This document shows, piece after piece, positions 1 to 9,400 of a stretch of DNA of 64,000 bases. Numbering within the stretch: the stretch's first letter is position 1; each line of letters begins with the position of its first letter. The notes under the pieces were generated by a model. It was given only the letters and a program-made list of their open reading frames with translations, had not been told where the DNA came from and did not search any database. Both the position numbers and the translations under genes were made by a program. The stretch lies in IMG/VR virus record IMGVR_UViG_3300009155_000038; one strand, given 5' to 3'. The DNA is from a virus.

Positions 1-291
1 CAGAACGTCGAGACGACCACTGGTAACGTTTACGCCCTCGACGACCTTGAGAAGCTGGCCGTTGATGACGTCCGCGACTGGATGGGCGACGACTTTGCTG
101 ACGCGGTAAGCGCCGGCGGCGTTTACATGGACCGCGAGAAGCTGGCCGAGATCGTCCCCACGCTGGATCGCGGCATGGCGGCTACCCTCGACCGCCTCAT
201 GTCCGAGAAACAGGCAGGCGCGGTTGTTAAGTCAGCCGCGGTTGATACGCTGCTGTCGCTTGAAAAGCTGCACGAACTGGCTAACCGCTAG
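1..291 (+). CDS. 3' end of a hypothetical protein (5'-truncated), K-x-A motif-rich, possible internal head protein
   Basis: Frame is open from base 1 (QNVETTTGNVYALDDLEKLA...) to TAG at 289-291, with high-GC3 codons and EKLA/EKQA/VKSA motifs. Confidence 0.75.
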   Translation, partial: QNVETTTGNVYALDDLEKLAVDDVRDWMGDDFADAVSAGGVYMDREKLAEIVPTLDRGMAATLDRLMSEKQAGAVVKSAAVDTLLSLEKLHELANR

Positions 292-473
292 TCGTCGTCG
301 CTGCTATCGGGGCCCATGTCTTTCAGGTCTTCAATGACCTGCCAGCCTAGCTCTACGCTGCGGTCTTCGACATGGCGTCTGTTGGCGCCGGCTAGTTCTT
401 CCGGCGTCCAGATAATGACTGCAAAGCCGCGGTTACGCAGCTCAGCAATGACTGCTTGTTCTTCTGGGGTCAT
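288..473 (-). CDS. small hypothetical phage protein
   Basis: 61-aa ORF whose start overlaps the stop of 470..721 (ATGA coupling). Confidence 0.65.
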   Translation of the reverse strand: MTPEEQAVIAELRNRGFAVIIWTPEELAGANRRHVEDRSVELGWQVIEDLKDMGPDSSDDD

Positions 474-721
474 TTCTCTTTTCCTATGAACTTGGCCATA
501 AATAGCTCAATTGCCGACCGCGGCAGAGCTTCCGACGCATTAGATTTTGATAACTTAGGCGGCCTCGTATTCACTGTCTGTGAAGTTAGACCGCCAACTT
601 CTGCTTCTGCTTCTATACGGCAGGTTTCAACATATTCCGACCACGCGTCGTAATCGTCTCGGTCCTGCGCTGATTCATACGGGATGTTTGGATCTTCAGG
701 GAGTCTGTCGTTCCAGCCCAT
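470..721 (-). CDS. hypothetical protein
   Basis: 83-aa acidic ORF, overlapping the csrA 3' end and coupled to the downstream ORF. Confidence 0.6.
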   Translation of the reverse strand: MGWNDRLPEDPNIPYESAQDRDDYDAWSEYVETCRIEAEAEVGGLTSQTVNTRPPKLSKSNASEALPRSAIELFMAKFIGKEK

Positions 722-896
722 GATTGTTCTTCTTTTTCTTTTTATCGCCGGTGATTAACTCACCGCGCATGATGGAAACTGCAGAGGGAGCTGTGAGCCC
801 GATCTTTACACGATCACCTTTGATCTCAATGATGCGTACAGTGACGCTATCGCCGATCATGATCGCTTCTTCCATCTTCCGTGATAAAACGAGCAT
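696..896 (-). CDS. csrA: carbon storage regulator CsrA/RsmA family translational regulator
   Basis: MLVLSRKMEEAIMIGDSVTVRIIEIKGDRVKIGLTAPSAVSIMRGEL aligns end to end with the CsrA pattern (E. coli [47 protein letters not shown]). L4, R6 and R44 equivalents are kept. Lys-rich C-terminal tail. Confidence 0.95.
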   Translation of the reverse strand: MLVLSRKMEEAIMIGDSVTVRIIEIKGDRVKIGLTAPSAVSIMRGELITGDKKKKKNNHGLERQTP

Positions 897-911
897 CTTG
901 CGCCTCTTTGA

Positions 912-1583
912 TTATTTAGACAAAGACTGTCGCAACATATCAACGACGTGCTGGGTGTTTCCATTTTTCAGGTGCAAGGCAGCCAGTTGTGCAACGAGCA
1001 ATTCTGTTCTGAACTTGATGGTCTGATTGATGTCTTCGGTCTTCCCAGCCTCGACGTCATAAATTGCACTGAACATCTCTGGATCGTCTGAAAAGTCTTT
1101 GATTGACGTGGACACGTTGGCCACGCGCAGGGCGATCCTCAAGATGTCCGGCGGATTAATGATACCCTCGCCGTCGAGCACAGATCCGATGTAGGCGCGG
1201 ATTTCGTCCGTAAATGGTTCTGGGTCATCATCTTCCGGCGGCGAAATCAGCATGGATTCCGTGATTCCCCACGCCACTTCTTCGGCGTCAGCCGGGTCGA
1301 ACGTGTCGGGTTGGAAGGGGTCGCCGTCGAGGACATTGCAGAAAGCGATGAAGTCCGGCAGCTGTTTGAAGAACCTGTCCGTGGTCAGGAGCTGGATCGC
1401 CACGATGAGTTTGTCGAGCGCCAGCTGCGGCAGATCGACGTCGAATTCTTCTTCGACTTCCATAGCGATGGTAGCCGGCTCCCACGTCAGTGCCTCGGTG
1501 CCGAACCGGTCCAGAAACATCGTCAACAGTACAGTTGCGAATGTTTCCTTACTGCGCCACGCTTCCTGCATTATTTTTGACAT
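912..1583 (-). CDS. hypothetical protein (acidic, helical)
   Basis: 223-aa ORF with strong high-GC3 codon bias like the capsid genes. Confidence 0.8.
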   Translation of the reverse strand: MSKIMQEAWRSKETFATVLLTMFLDRFGTEALTWEPATIAMEVEEEFDVDLPQLALDKLIVAIQLLTTDRFFKQLPDFIAFCNVLDGDPFQPDTFDPADAEEVAWGITESMLISPPEDDDPEPFTDEIRAYIGSVLDGEGIINPPDILRIALRVANVSTSIKDFSDDPEMFSAIYDVEAGKTEDINQTIKFRTELLVAQLAALHLKNGNTQHVVDMLRQSLSK

Positions 1584-1995
1584 GGAACCCTGCTCTGTTT
1601 TCAGCCTTCAGTACGCCCCGGCGGTACAGTTCACTTAAATTGTAGCTAATTGTCTCCATGAACGGGCTGGGTAACTCCATAACAGGCTCGCCCGTTTGGA
1701 GGTCTGTAAAGCAATCTTTACCCGTCCAAGTGCAATATTGGCCGTCCGCGAATACCAGTAGATCCGGGTCGCAGGTTGCGCAGTCTGGCATATCACGGGC
1801 TGCAAGCTCGGTCAAAATAAGTGACCGCTGGGCCGGCTGCAGAAAAGCCAGATTTTCAAGCATGTCGGCGACCAGTAGCGTGTAAATTTCTTGCTTGTCT
1901 AAAACTGTAGCCCCGGGCGGAAATGGTTTATTTAGCGCTGTCGTGAAAACAGTGCGGGCGTGGAGCTTGCTCAATTTGAGCACGGCCATTACCAT
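1549..1995 (-). CDS. hypothetical protein
   Basis: ORF-track ORF 1549..2034. Start moved to ATG 1995 to avoid overlap with the start of the divergent + strand gene; start uncertain. Confidence 0.6.
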   Translation of the reverse strand: MVMAVLKLSKLHARTVFTTALNKPFPPGATVLDKQEIYTLLVADMLENLAFLQPAQRSLILTELAARDMPDCATCDPDLLVFADGQYCTWTGKDCFTDLQTGEPVMELPSPFMETISYNLSELYRRGVLKAENRAGFHVKNNAGSVAQ

Positions 1996-2032
1996 ATCCA
2001 GCTGCAGGTCTTTTTTATCTACGGAGGTTTCC

Positions 2033-2308
2033 ATGATCTCGATTGTCGACTCGCTTTCTCACATTGCGAATGGTCGTGCTGAGTTTGTTGTCAGCGGTAA
2101 TGGTATCGAAGAATTGCTGTCCTCGGCAACGGCGAACACTGTGCTGCAGAAGGCTGCTGAACTAGGCCTCAACCGCCCGGGTGTTTCGAGCGCTAGCGGC
2201 CCGTATCCGGTCGACGCGGAAGGCAAGACCGATGATGAGCTGATGATGGGCAAGCGAGGCCCGGTCGCTGCCTACCGCCGCGATTTTGTTATTTTAGCCT
2301 CGATCTAA
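2033..2308 (+). CDS. hypothetical protein on the opposite strand (MISIVDSLSHIANG...)
   Basis: GGAGG SD 5 nt before ATG 2033, phage-like codon usage, 91 aa, contains QKAA. Confidence 0.7.
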   Translation: MISIVDSLSHIANGRAEFVVSGNGIEELLSSATANTVLQKAAELGLNRPGVSSASGPYPVDAEGKTDDELMMGKRGPVAAYRRDFVILASI

Positions 2309-2690
2309 GCTTTGCTGGTTCAAAGTCGTCTTTGCGTTCAACGCCGACAATGTCTACAGGCTTGCCGTTTTCGAACGCCACGACTGTAAAACAAATCGGC
2401 GTATCGCAGTCGATATGGAGCAGTCGGGTGATTTTTCGCCCGGCAGCGCGGCTCATTGTTTCTGCAACCTTGAACGCTTCGGCACTGGTGGCAAAAAGTC
2501 CAACCGGCACGTCGTCCATCGTGTGCCGCCAAACTACTAGATAGCCTGTCATACCGGAGTTAGAAGCCGCGCTGCGTTTCTTACGCGGCGCGGCTTTTTC
2601 TGGGATAAGTTCTTTCAATTGGCGCGCTTGTTCTCGGAAACCAATAGCCAAGCGCCCCGCTGTAATTTTCTTGATCGCTTTCTTCTTCAT
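2289..2690 (-). CDS. hypothetical protein
   Basis: 133-aa ORF with GAGG SD, coupled to the upstream ORF. Confidence 0.7.
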   Translation of the reverse strand: MKKKAIKKITAGRLAIGFREQARQLKELIPEKAAPRKKRSAASNSGMTGYLVVWRHTMDDVPVGLFATSAEAFKVAETMSRAAGRKITRLLHIDCDTPICFTVVAFENGKPVDIVGVERKDDFEPAKLRSRLK

Positions 2691-2691
2691 G

Positions 2692-3165
2692 TTATTCCTC
2701 TACTCCAAACTTGGTGATGTGGGCTAACCGGGCGGCGTAGAATCCGGCGACATGGCCAGCTACGTTTTTGAACCGCTCAATCATGTCGGGCACGACACGC
2801 TCTTGAAACGCTTTAATAATCGTCTTGCTGTACTCGTCTAAAGCTGTCTGTGTGTATCTCGCCGCTTTGACTTTCTCCGCGCCGGCTCTGACTTCGGGAT
2901 CATTGTCGAGCATGATCTGCACGTACTTTGGCGTCACGAATGTGATATCAAAACCGTACGCTTGCTGCAGCTCTTTGGAAAACGGCAACTCGAACATTGA
3001 CGCTCCGGGCCAGACATCGCCCTTTTTGCTGCTTTCGGACGGATACCGCAGCTTGCCTAGATCCCAGCCAAACGCTGCAATGTCATCATTCGGTTCCGGC
3101 ATGACGTATGCCGGCTTTGGGCGCTCTACTTTGTCGAGCGTCATCTTGCGTTTTGTTTTGCTCAT
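2692..3165 (-). CDS. hypothetical protein
   Basis: 157-aa ORF in a tightly packed minus-strand run. Confidence 0.7.
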   Translation of the reverse strand: MSKTKRKMTLDKVERPKPAYVMPEPNDDIAAFGWDLGKLRYPSESSKKGDVWPGASMFELPFSKELQQAYGFDITFVTPKYVQIMLDNDPEVRAGAEKVKAARYTQTALDEYSKTIIKAFQERVVPDMIERFKNVAGHVAGFYAARLAHITKFGVEE

Positions 3166-3200
3166 GTTGCCAATAGCTAAGGAAAATTGCGCCAGTTTGA

Positions 3201-3283
3201 GCTGGCTGCGTTAACCGGGGCACACTCATTCTCCGCTAAGTAAATAGCAGAGAGATGAAATGTGCCCCGGCTACGCAGCCAGC
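3201..3283. repeat. 83-nt intergenic imperfect inverted repeat (long hairpin)
   Basis: gctggctgcg pairs with cgcagccagc and ccggggcaca pairs with tgtgccccgg; inner tcat/atga, tctc/gaga and gcta/tagc pairings close an agtaaa loop. Confidence 0.85.
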
Positions 3284-3338
3284 AACAACAACGAAGTCTG
3301 CGCCCCAGCTACAAAGCTAGCGGCGCAGACGTGCCAGT

Positions 3339-3734
3339 CTACGAGAGACTGGCTGAGCACGCCATGTAGGCGTGCGCTTGAGCCAAACGCTCAGCGTTTG
3401 GCACGTCGAGCGGCCGGACGTTGCCGTCCTCGTCCGCAAGGAAGCCGCGCATCATGGCGGCCTGCCACACGTGATACAGCACGGCCATGCGGCCGCGCTT
3501 ACTGGCCGCGGTTTTTTTAAGCACCGCAGCCTTTAGGTACGCGACAGCCTCCCAGAAGGGAAGCTTGTCAGCCACGCGGGCCGTGGCTTCCATCGTGTCT
3601 TCGAAGAACCTAATAGCATGCTCCTCGATGATATTCACGCTCGACGGCTTGATTTGGCCGTCGAGACGTCGCGCTACCGCTTTCTTGACGGTGGCAATAT
3701 CTCGCTCAGACACGGAAACAGTGGCAACAGCCAT
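3339..3734 (-). CDS. hypothetical protein
   Basis: ATG 3734 preceded by AGGGAG; about 131 aa. Confidence 0.7.
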   Translation of the reverse strand: MAVATVSVSERDIATVKKAVARRLDGQIKPSSVNIIEEHAIRFFEDTMEATARVADKLPFWEAVAYLKAAVLKKTAASKRGRMAVLYHVWQAAMMRGFLADEDGNVRPLDVPNAERLAQAHAYMACSASLS

Positions 3735-3881
3735 GGCGTTAACTCCCTTGTAACGCGGAAAAACGAACGACAAGGTCGACGGCTCTGCCGACGACAGTCC
3801 ACTGATACAATCATATGGACTATTTAATATGCCGCGTTTTTGCGGGAAATTTAGCAGCGTTCCAGATTCGAAACTGGAAAA

Positions 3882-4181
3882 TTAGAAGGTCAACTGCACA
3901 ACTTTGTTGCTGGCGTTGACGTAAACGATCCGCACCTTCTCGGCGCCGATGAGTTGCTTGAGGTCAGCCTTTTTTTGGCTGCTCATGCCCGCGAGGCATG
4001 ATTTGATCTTGGCCATTTCGGTGCGCTGGCGTTCTTGCTGTTTACGCGCGCAAGTTCCGCAGCCGCCGCGGGCTGTGTTAAAGATATCACGCTTATTCAT
4101 CAGGCACGGTATGTCTGCAAACTTGGCGTCGTGAAGCATCGACAAGATAGTGCTGTCTTCAATAACAACTAGCTCTACCAT
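3882..4181 (-). CDS. small Cys-containing protein (CGTC), possibly fibre-associated
   Basis: 99-aa ORF with AAGGAGG SD; last gene of the tail-fibre run. Confidence 0.8.
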   Translation of the reverse strand: MVELVVIEDSTILSMLHDAKFADIPCLMNKRDIFNTARGGCGTCARKQQERQRTEMAKIKSCLAGMSSQKKADLKQLIGAEKVRIVYVNASNKVVQLTF

Positions 4182-4190
4182 AGTGCCTCC

Positions 4191-4700
4191 TTACGGCGCG
4201 TCGCCAATCCACAGCTCGCCGCCCGGTAACAACGTGTCAGCCAAATCCAATGTGGCTTTCAAGCGCTGCACATCTTCAGCCACGTCTTTGATAAACGCTT
4301 CAACTTCGGCGCGCGAGCGCAGCAAGACGTCAACATAGCTGAGCCTGAACCACTCGGGACGCGCTTCTGGAATGGGATCATCTTCGGGATATTCTTCCAG
4401 ATCAGTCGGTGAGCAGACGTGGTCAAATGCGCCGACTGGTTCAGCCGCGCCCGGCTTGAGCGGTAACAGGAGATACGCGAAGATTTTGTCGGGCATCAAA
4501 TAAGCGTTGCTTGCTGTGATGCGTACACGAATCCCGTCTGTCGCGTGGTAGTTATATCGGCTTACTTGCCACGTCAGTTTGATGCGGCGATCGCTGTTTG
4601 TGAGCGCCATAGGCTCAATCTGCGGCGAATAGAAATCCAGTCCGAGTGTGTCTGGGACTTTGATTTCGTCACTCGGGTTTGGCGTGCAGCAATCTGACAT
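4191..4700 (-). CDS. hypothetical protein in the tail-fibre operon
   Basis: 169-aa ORF with GAGG SD. Confidence 0.75.
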   Translation of the reverse strand: MSDCCTPNPSDEIKVPDTLGLDFYSPQIEPMALTNSDRRIKLTWQVSRYNYHATDGIRVRITASNAYLMPDKIFAYLLLPLKPGAAEPVGAFDHVCSPTDLEEYPEDDPIPEARPEWFRLSYVDVLLRSRAEVEAFIKDVAEDVQRLKATLDLADTLLPGGELWIGDAP

Positions 4701-4723
4701 GACAACCTCTATCTGATGAACGC

Positions 4724-5092
4724 TTACGGGAATGAATACCGGGTGACATCAGTGGAGCCCGGCCGCACGTAATGTATTGTAACACCCGTCGTATCAATCT
4801 GATCTGTCTTTGCTACGTAACGAATGAACTGTTGCACGATTTCTGGATTAGTCTGGCGCGCGTTTTCAAGCAACTCAAGGAAAGCCGATACGCACCCTAC
4901 AAGGAGTTGAGTGTCTGCGCGACAACGGCAGCCGGCTTTTCGCGCGGATACATCAAACGCAGTACGGCAGTCATCAAGTTGCGGCTTAAGTTCTAAAAGC
5001 CCCGGGTTTGTCTCAAAGAACGCCGGTTCTGCCGTCATGTGCAAAATGTTGTCCCGGCTTATTGATATCATGCGCGTAATTTTTTGCGTCAT
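4724..5092 (-). CDS. small Cys-containing protein (GCRC), possible distant paralog of 3882..4181
   Basis: 122-aa ORF. N-terminal pattern I-x-I-x4-IL-x-M...F...P-x-L and a Cys cluster resemble 3882..4181. Confidence 0.7.
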   Translation of the reverse strand: MTQKITRMISISRDNILHMTAEPAFFETNPGLLELKPQLDDCRTAFDVSARKAGCRCRADTQLLVGCVSAFLELLENARQTNPEIVQQFIRYVAKTDQIDTTGVTIHYVRPGSTDVTRYSFP

Positions 5093-5143
5093 GTTTACTC
5101 TGCGCTAGGGGGTAACGGGTGACAGCGATAGTGTAGCGTGCAT

Positions 5144-6448
5144 TCAAGACGTTGCCGCATTTTTTATCGCAGCGCGAAGAGCGGCGTTTGTTTGCACCGC
5201 GGCAATTATGTCATCAATTGTTAGTCCCGGTCCGGTAGCGCCGGTCGCCCCGCGCACGCCGTATGGCCCGGTTGCGCCTGTTGGACCTGTTATGCCCGTA
5301 GCGCCTTTTACGCCAGTTGGCCCCGCCGGTCCTGACAGTCCGGTATGCCCTACACCGGCTGGGCCAGAAGGCCCTGCTACGCCTGTGGCGCCTGTTGGAC
5401 CGACTGGGCCCAAAGGTCCACTGGGACCTGTTGGGCCTGCGGCGCCGTTAACACCCGGCGCGCCATCTGTGCCGCAAGGGCCCGTGGCGCCCGCTACACC
5501 TGTAGCGCCTGTAGCTCCCGCGACGCCCGTAGAGCCTGTAACGCCCGTACTGCCCTTTACTCCGGTTGCTCCTTTGACGCCCGTACTACCTGTATCGCCT
5601 TTAGTCCCCTTTACACCTTTGGGGCCAGATTGCCCTACCGCGCCTTGCGGGCCTTGCGCGCCGGCAGAACCCTGCGGACCGGCGAGTCCCTGCGGACCTA
5701 TTTCGCCGCGTATACCCTGTAAGCCGCGTTGACCCGTAGCTCCGGCGGGGCCAGCGGGACCAGATGCGCCAGTTTTACCTTGGATACCCGTCGCGCCTGT
5801 AACGCCTGTCGGGCCTTTTACACCAGTTGTCCCTGTGGCGCCTTTGATGCCAGACGCCCCTGTAGCGCCTGTAGGGCCCGTTGCGCCGGTTACGCCAATA
5901 CCGGTTGGCCCAGTTGGTCCAGACGGCCCAGTGGGCCCTTTAGCCCCTGTGGGGCCCTTGGGTCCCGTAGCGCCTTTTATCCCGGTGGCGCCGGTAGCGC
6001 CGGTCGCACCTGTAGGGCCTTTTGGTCCGGTTGGGCCGCTAGCGCCTTTTGGTCCGGTTGTTCCCGTAACGCCAGTTGCACCTGTAATACCGCGCGGACC
6101 AGTTAAACCCTGCGCACCCGTTGCACCGGTTACACCTGTCTCGCCCTGCGGCCCGGGATCGCCGGTGTCGCCTTGCGGTCCTTCATTGCCTTGCGGCCCT
6201 GAAGGACCGACTGGGCCCGCGTTACCGGTGTTACCAGTAAGGCCTCTTGTACCCTGCTGTCCTTGCAAGCCTTGCTGGCCGCGTGGGCCGGCTGGTCCAG
6301 CCGGCCCTGCTGGTCCGGGACTACCTTGCGGCCCGGGCGGTCCGGGCGGACTACTGTTGCAGCCGCCAGCCACTTGCATACGTGGGCCGTCGTATGTTTC
6401 ATATACGATGGGCGGCGTGGGCTCAGGCAATTCGTTGTTAGTTTCCAT
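5144..6448 (-). CDS. collagen-like (Gly-X-Y) fibre protein
   Basis: About 375 residues of near-continuous G-X-Y triplets (GPT/GAT/GVT-rich) with a short helical C-terminus ([21 protein letters not shown]). Confidence 0.9.
   Translation of the reverse strand: METNNELPEPTPPIVYETYDGPRMQVAGGCNSSPPGPPGPQGSPGPAGPAGPAGPRGQQGLQGQQGTRGLTGNTGNAGPVGPSGPQGNEGPQGDTGDPGPQGETGVTGATGAQGLTGPRGITGATGVTGTTGPKGASGPTGPKGPTGATGATGATGIKGATGPKGPTGAKGPTGPSGPTGPTGIGVTGATGPTGATGASGIKGATGTTGVKGPTGVTGATGIQGKTGASGPAGPAGATGQRGLQGIRGEIGPQGLAGPQGSAGAQGPQGAVGQSGPKGVKGTKGDTGSTGVKGATGVKGSTGVTGSTGVAGATGATGVAGATGPCGTDGAPGVNGAAGPTGPSGPLGPVGPTGATGVAGPSGPAGVGHTGLSGPAGPTGVKGATGITGPTGATGPYGVRGATGATGPGLTIDDIIAAVQTNAALRAAIKNAATS
6081..6124. 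repeat. 44-nt exact direct repeat, copy 1 (copy 2 at 7210..7253)
   Basis: cctgtaataccgcgcggaccagttaaaccctgcgcacccgttgc is identical in the two collagen genes. Confidence 0.9.
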
Positions 6449-6452
6449 TGTT

Positions 6453-9400
6453 TTATCCTAACATTTCTCGCAGGATGGGCGTTAAGCTGGCTCTGTACGC
6501 CTGCGACTGCGCCGTATTGCGGCCAAGGATCTCAATGAACTTTGTAATAAACGCAGCCTGAAACTCTTCGTTTGTTGCAAGCAACGAGAGATTAACGTTG
6601 ATCGCCGCTGAAAGCGTGTCGTTTGCCGCGTTAATGTTGCCGCTAAGAACAGCCGGCGTTGATGTAATAGCGCCGCCGCTAAGGTTTGCTTTTGGTCCCG
6701 TTGCTCCGGTAGCGCCGTTAACGCCGTTAATGCCATTGAGTCCGCATGGACCAGTTGCGCCGATGAGCCCGGAAGCCCCTGCAACACCCGTTGCTCCCGT
6801 TGCACCCTTGGCACCTGTAGCGCCTGTGCCGCCCGTTAAGCCTATAACGCCAGTCGCGCCGGTTACACCACGTGATCCCTGCAACCCCACCGCGCCCGTG
6901 ACGCCGGTTGCTCCTTGCAGACCTGTTGCACCAGTTGCACCCGTTTGTCCTTGAACACCCGTGCTACCGGTTGGGCCAACTGCGCCGCTAAATCCTGTGG
7001 CGCCAGTTGCGCCTTTATCGCCAACTGGCCCTGATGCGCCACGCGCGCCAGATGGGCCAGCCACACCGGTGGCGCCAGTTGCGCCTGTTATGCCTTGCGG
7101 GCCTGATGGGCCGGCAGGGCCGCTAGCGCCTAGTAGCCCGCTTGCGCCAGTTGCGCCTACAGCGCCAGACGGCCCAGTAACACCAGTCGCGCCCGTGGCG
7201 CCAGTTACGCCTGTAATACCGCGCGGACCAGTTAAACCCTGCGCACCCGTTGCGCCTGTTGCTCCAGTGGGGCCGGTAGCGCCACTTGCGCCAGATGGGC
7301 CGCGCAGACCTGTTACGCCTTTAACTCCTGATATACCTTGAATACCGCTTGCGCCGGTTGGTCCTGTATCGCCTTGTGGTCCTGATGGGCCTAACGGTCC
7401 TGCGACGCCTGACGGCCCCGTAGCACCTGTAGCGCCTGCGGAGCCTGCCGGCCCGGCGTTTCCACGCGGGCCACTTGGGCCACTCGGGCCTGATGCACCC
7501 GTAGCGCCAGCTACGCCTACAGCACCTGTTGCGCCTGTAACTCCGGTTGCGCCAGTTACACCAGACACACCAGACACGCCAGACACGCCCGTCATGCCGG
7601 TGATGCCAATACAACCCGTTGGACCCATTTCGCCTTGTGGTCCTTGTGGCCCTTGCGCGCCCGGTTGTCCTGTGGCGCCTCTATCGCCTTGGCGGCCTTG
7701 AATGCCTTGCTCACCCTGCGGACCTTGCGATCCTTGCGGTCCCGGCCCGCCGTTTTGACCCGGAAAACCTTGAAGGCCCGTTGCGCCAGTTGGTCCGCTT
7801 ACAGTGCTATCTTTACCGTCTTTGCCGTCTTTGCCGTCTTTACCTGCTGGCCCAGACGGCCCGCGGGCACCGTCCGCGCCGGGTGTTCCACCGCCGCCGC
7901 TACCGGAGCTGCTCGGACAATCTGTAACTTTCAGTACGACATCAACATAAATATCGCCGTTTTCAATTTTTGTGTATGTTTTGCCGAGATCTGTTCCACC
8001 AAGTCTCCTGTCGGAGACGCTGCCTTCTGTGCCATACAGCGCGGTTTGTTTAACGTCGAGCGTTAATTTGTATTCGCAGTCATATTGTTGCGACGTAGTT
8101 TGTTTTTCTACTTTTAACGTCGTGTCTTCTGCGTATAGCGGTAAATATGATCCGTCTGCGGCAATGCTACTTGTCCGCGGTTTCGGTACGATATTTACTT
8201 CGGTTTCTTTCCAAACCGGGCATTCTTTTACGGCTTTGACTTTAAAGTCTGGTTGAATACGCCATAAACACTCTGACTCTTGCCAAATTATCAATTCAGC
8301 CGAGTCGGTTTTATTTACGCCAGCTGTAATACTTCCTGTTACTTTTTTGATTTGGAGTTCGCACGGCACCGGAATTGCAATATTCAGATTAGCAACAGTA
8401 ATGCACGAGCCCTGCTCGGCGTTGTAGTATGAGCCGCTTGTATCAAAATAACCGTATGGCACTGAGCCGGTCGGCAGCCTTTGAATGTTCACAGGCCCAA
8501 ACACTGTCGGCGTGCAAACAGGTGGAATAATATTGAGGCGCAAATCAAAATCGACTTCAAAGCGACACTGCGGTTCACCTCCCGTATTTGTGATGTGAAC
8601 GGGTCTAATTTCAAAAATTAAATCGTTATAGCCAGCCCGCGTGTCAAATTGCCTACTAGTAAAATCAATACTAACGCACTCAATGATCGGGATTGGAATA
8701 TCGATAAACAAGTCAAAGAAAAAACCGCACTGCCCGGGGCTTGAACACGTTGGCGTAGCGGGATACGACGTGATATTTATGTAGCTGTTTGTGTTAACGC
8801 TTGAAATCTGATTGGCAGCAACAAAACTATTCTGCGCGTTAAGCTGTCCCGCGATAGACGGACACGGCGGCACCGGGAGCGGCACAACAATTTCGAGTTC
8901 GATATCGAATGAGCATGTTTCTTTTGGCACGTTGCAATCGTGAGAGGTCGCGATTGTTTTCTTGATTTCTAGTTTGTTTGTTTTACCCGTAACGCAACTA
9001 GTGCCTACATAACCGACGCTTGTGGTAAACGATTTCTTATTGATCTCGATACACGGCGGACTCGGGATCGGCACAACGACCTGAAGCTCTACATCAAACG
9101 AACACGTCGGCGGCCCGCAGTCGTTCGGTATAAGCTTTGGCGTGATGGTGAAAACGTTTGAGTTTTGAGTAACGCAGGTTGAATCCTCATACCCGGCAAT
9201 AACACCAAATGTTGTGACATTAATTTCCGGGCACGGCGGTATCGGGATCGGGATTACAAGTTCAAGGTCGATGTTGAAGTTGCAGTTATCCGGCGTAGTG
9301 CAGCCGTCGCGCGGCACTGGATCGCTCTCAATGACAAACGTGCTTTCTGGCAGCGGGCAATCTTCCGCAGCCCATTGCACCTGCTGCGTGAATTTGCGCC

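Noticed and set aside
696-896. Assigning a specific host phylum from csrA or GC content
   Set aside because: CsrA is widespread across several phyla and in phages; the sequence alone does not support a host call
3201-3283. Interpreting the hairpin as a tRNA or a CsrB-like sponge RNA
   Set aside because: No cloverleaf, T-loop or CCA, and no GGA loops. No multi-GGA sRNA was found in any intergenic gap.
3860-3880. Hairpin ttccag-attcgaaa-ctggaa after gene 3882 as a terminator
   Set aside because: Short AU-rich stem with no U-tract on the minus strand; too weak to call
5208-7341. Pro/Val/Ala-repeat + strand ORFs (PVAPVAP...)
   Set aside because: Reverse-complement translation of the collagen G-X-Y codons
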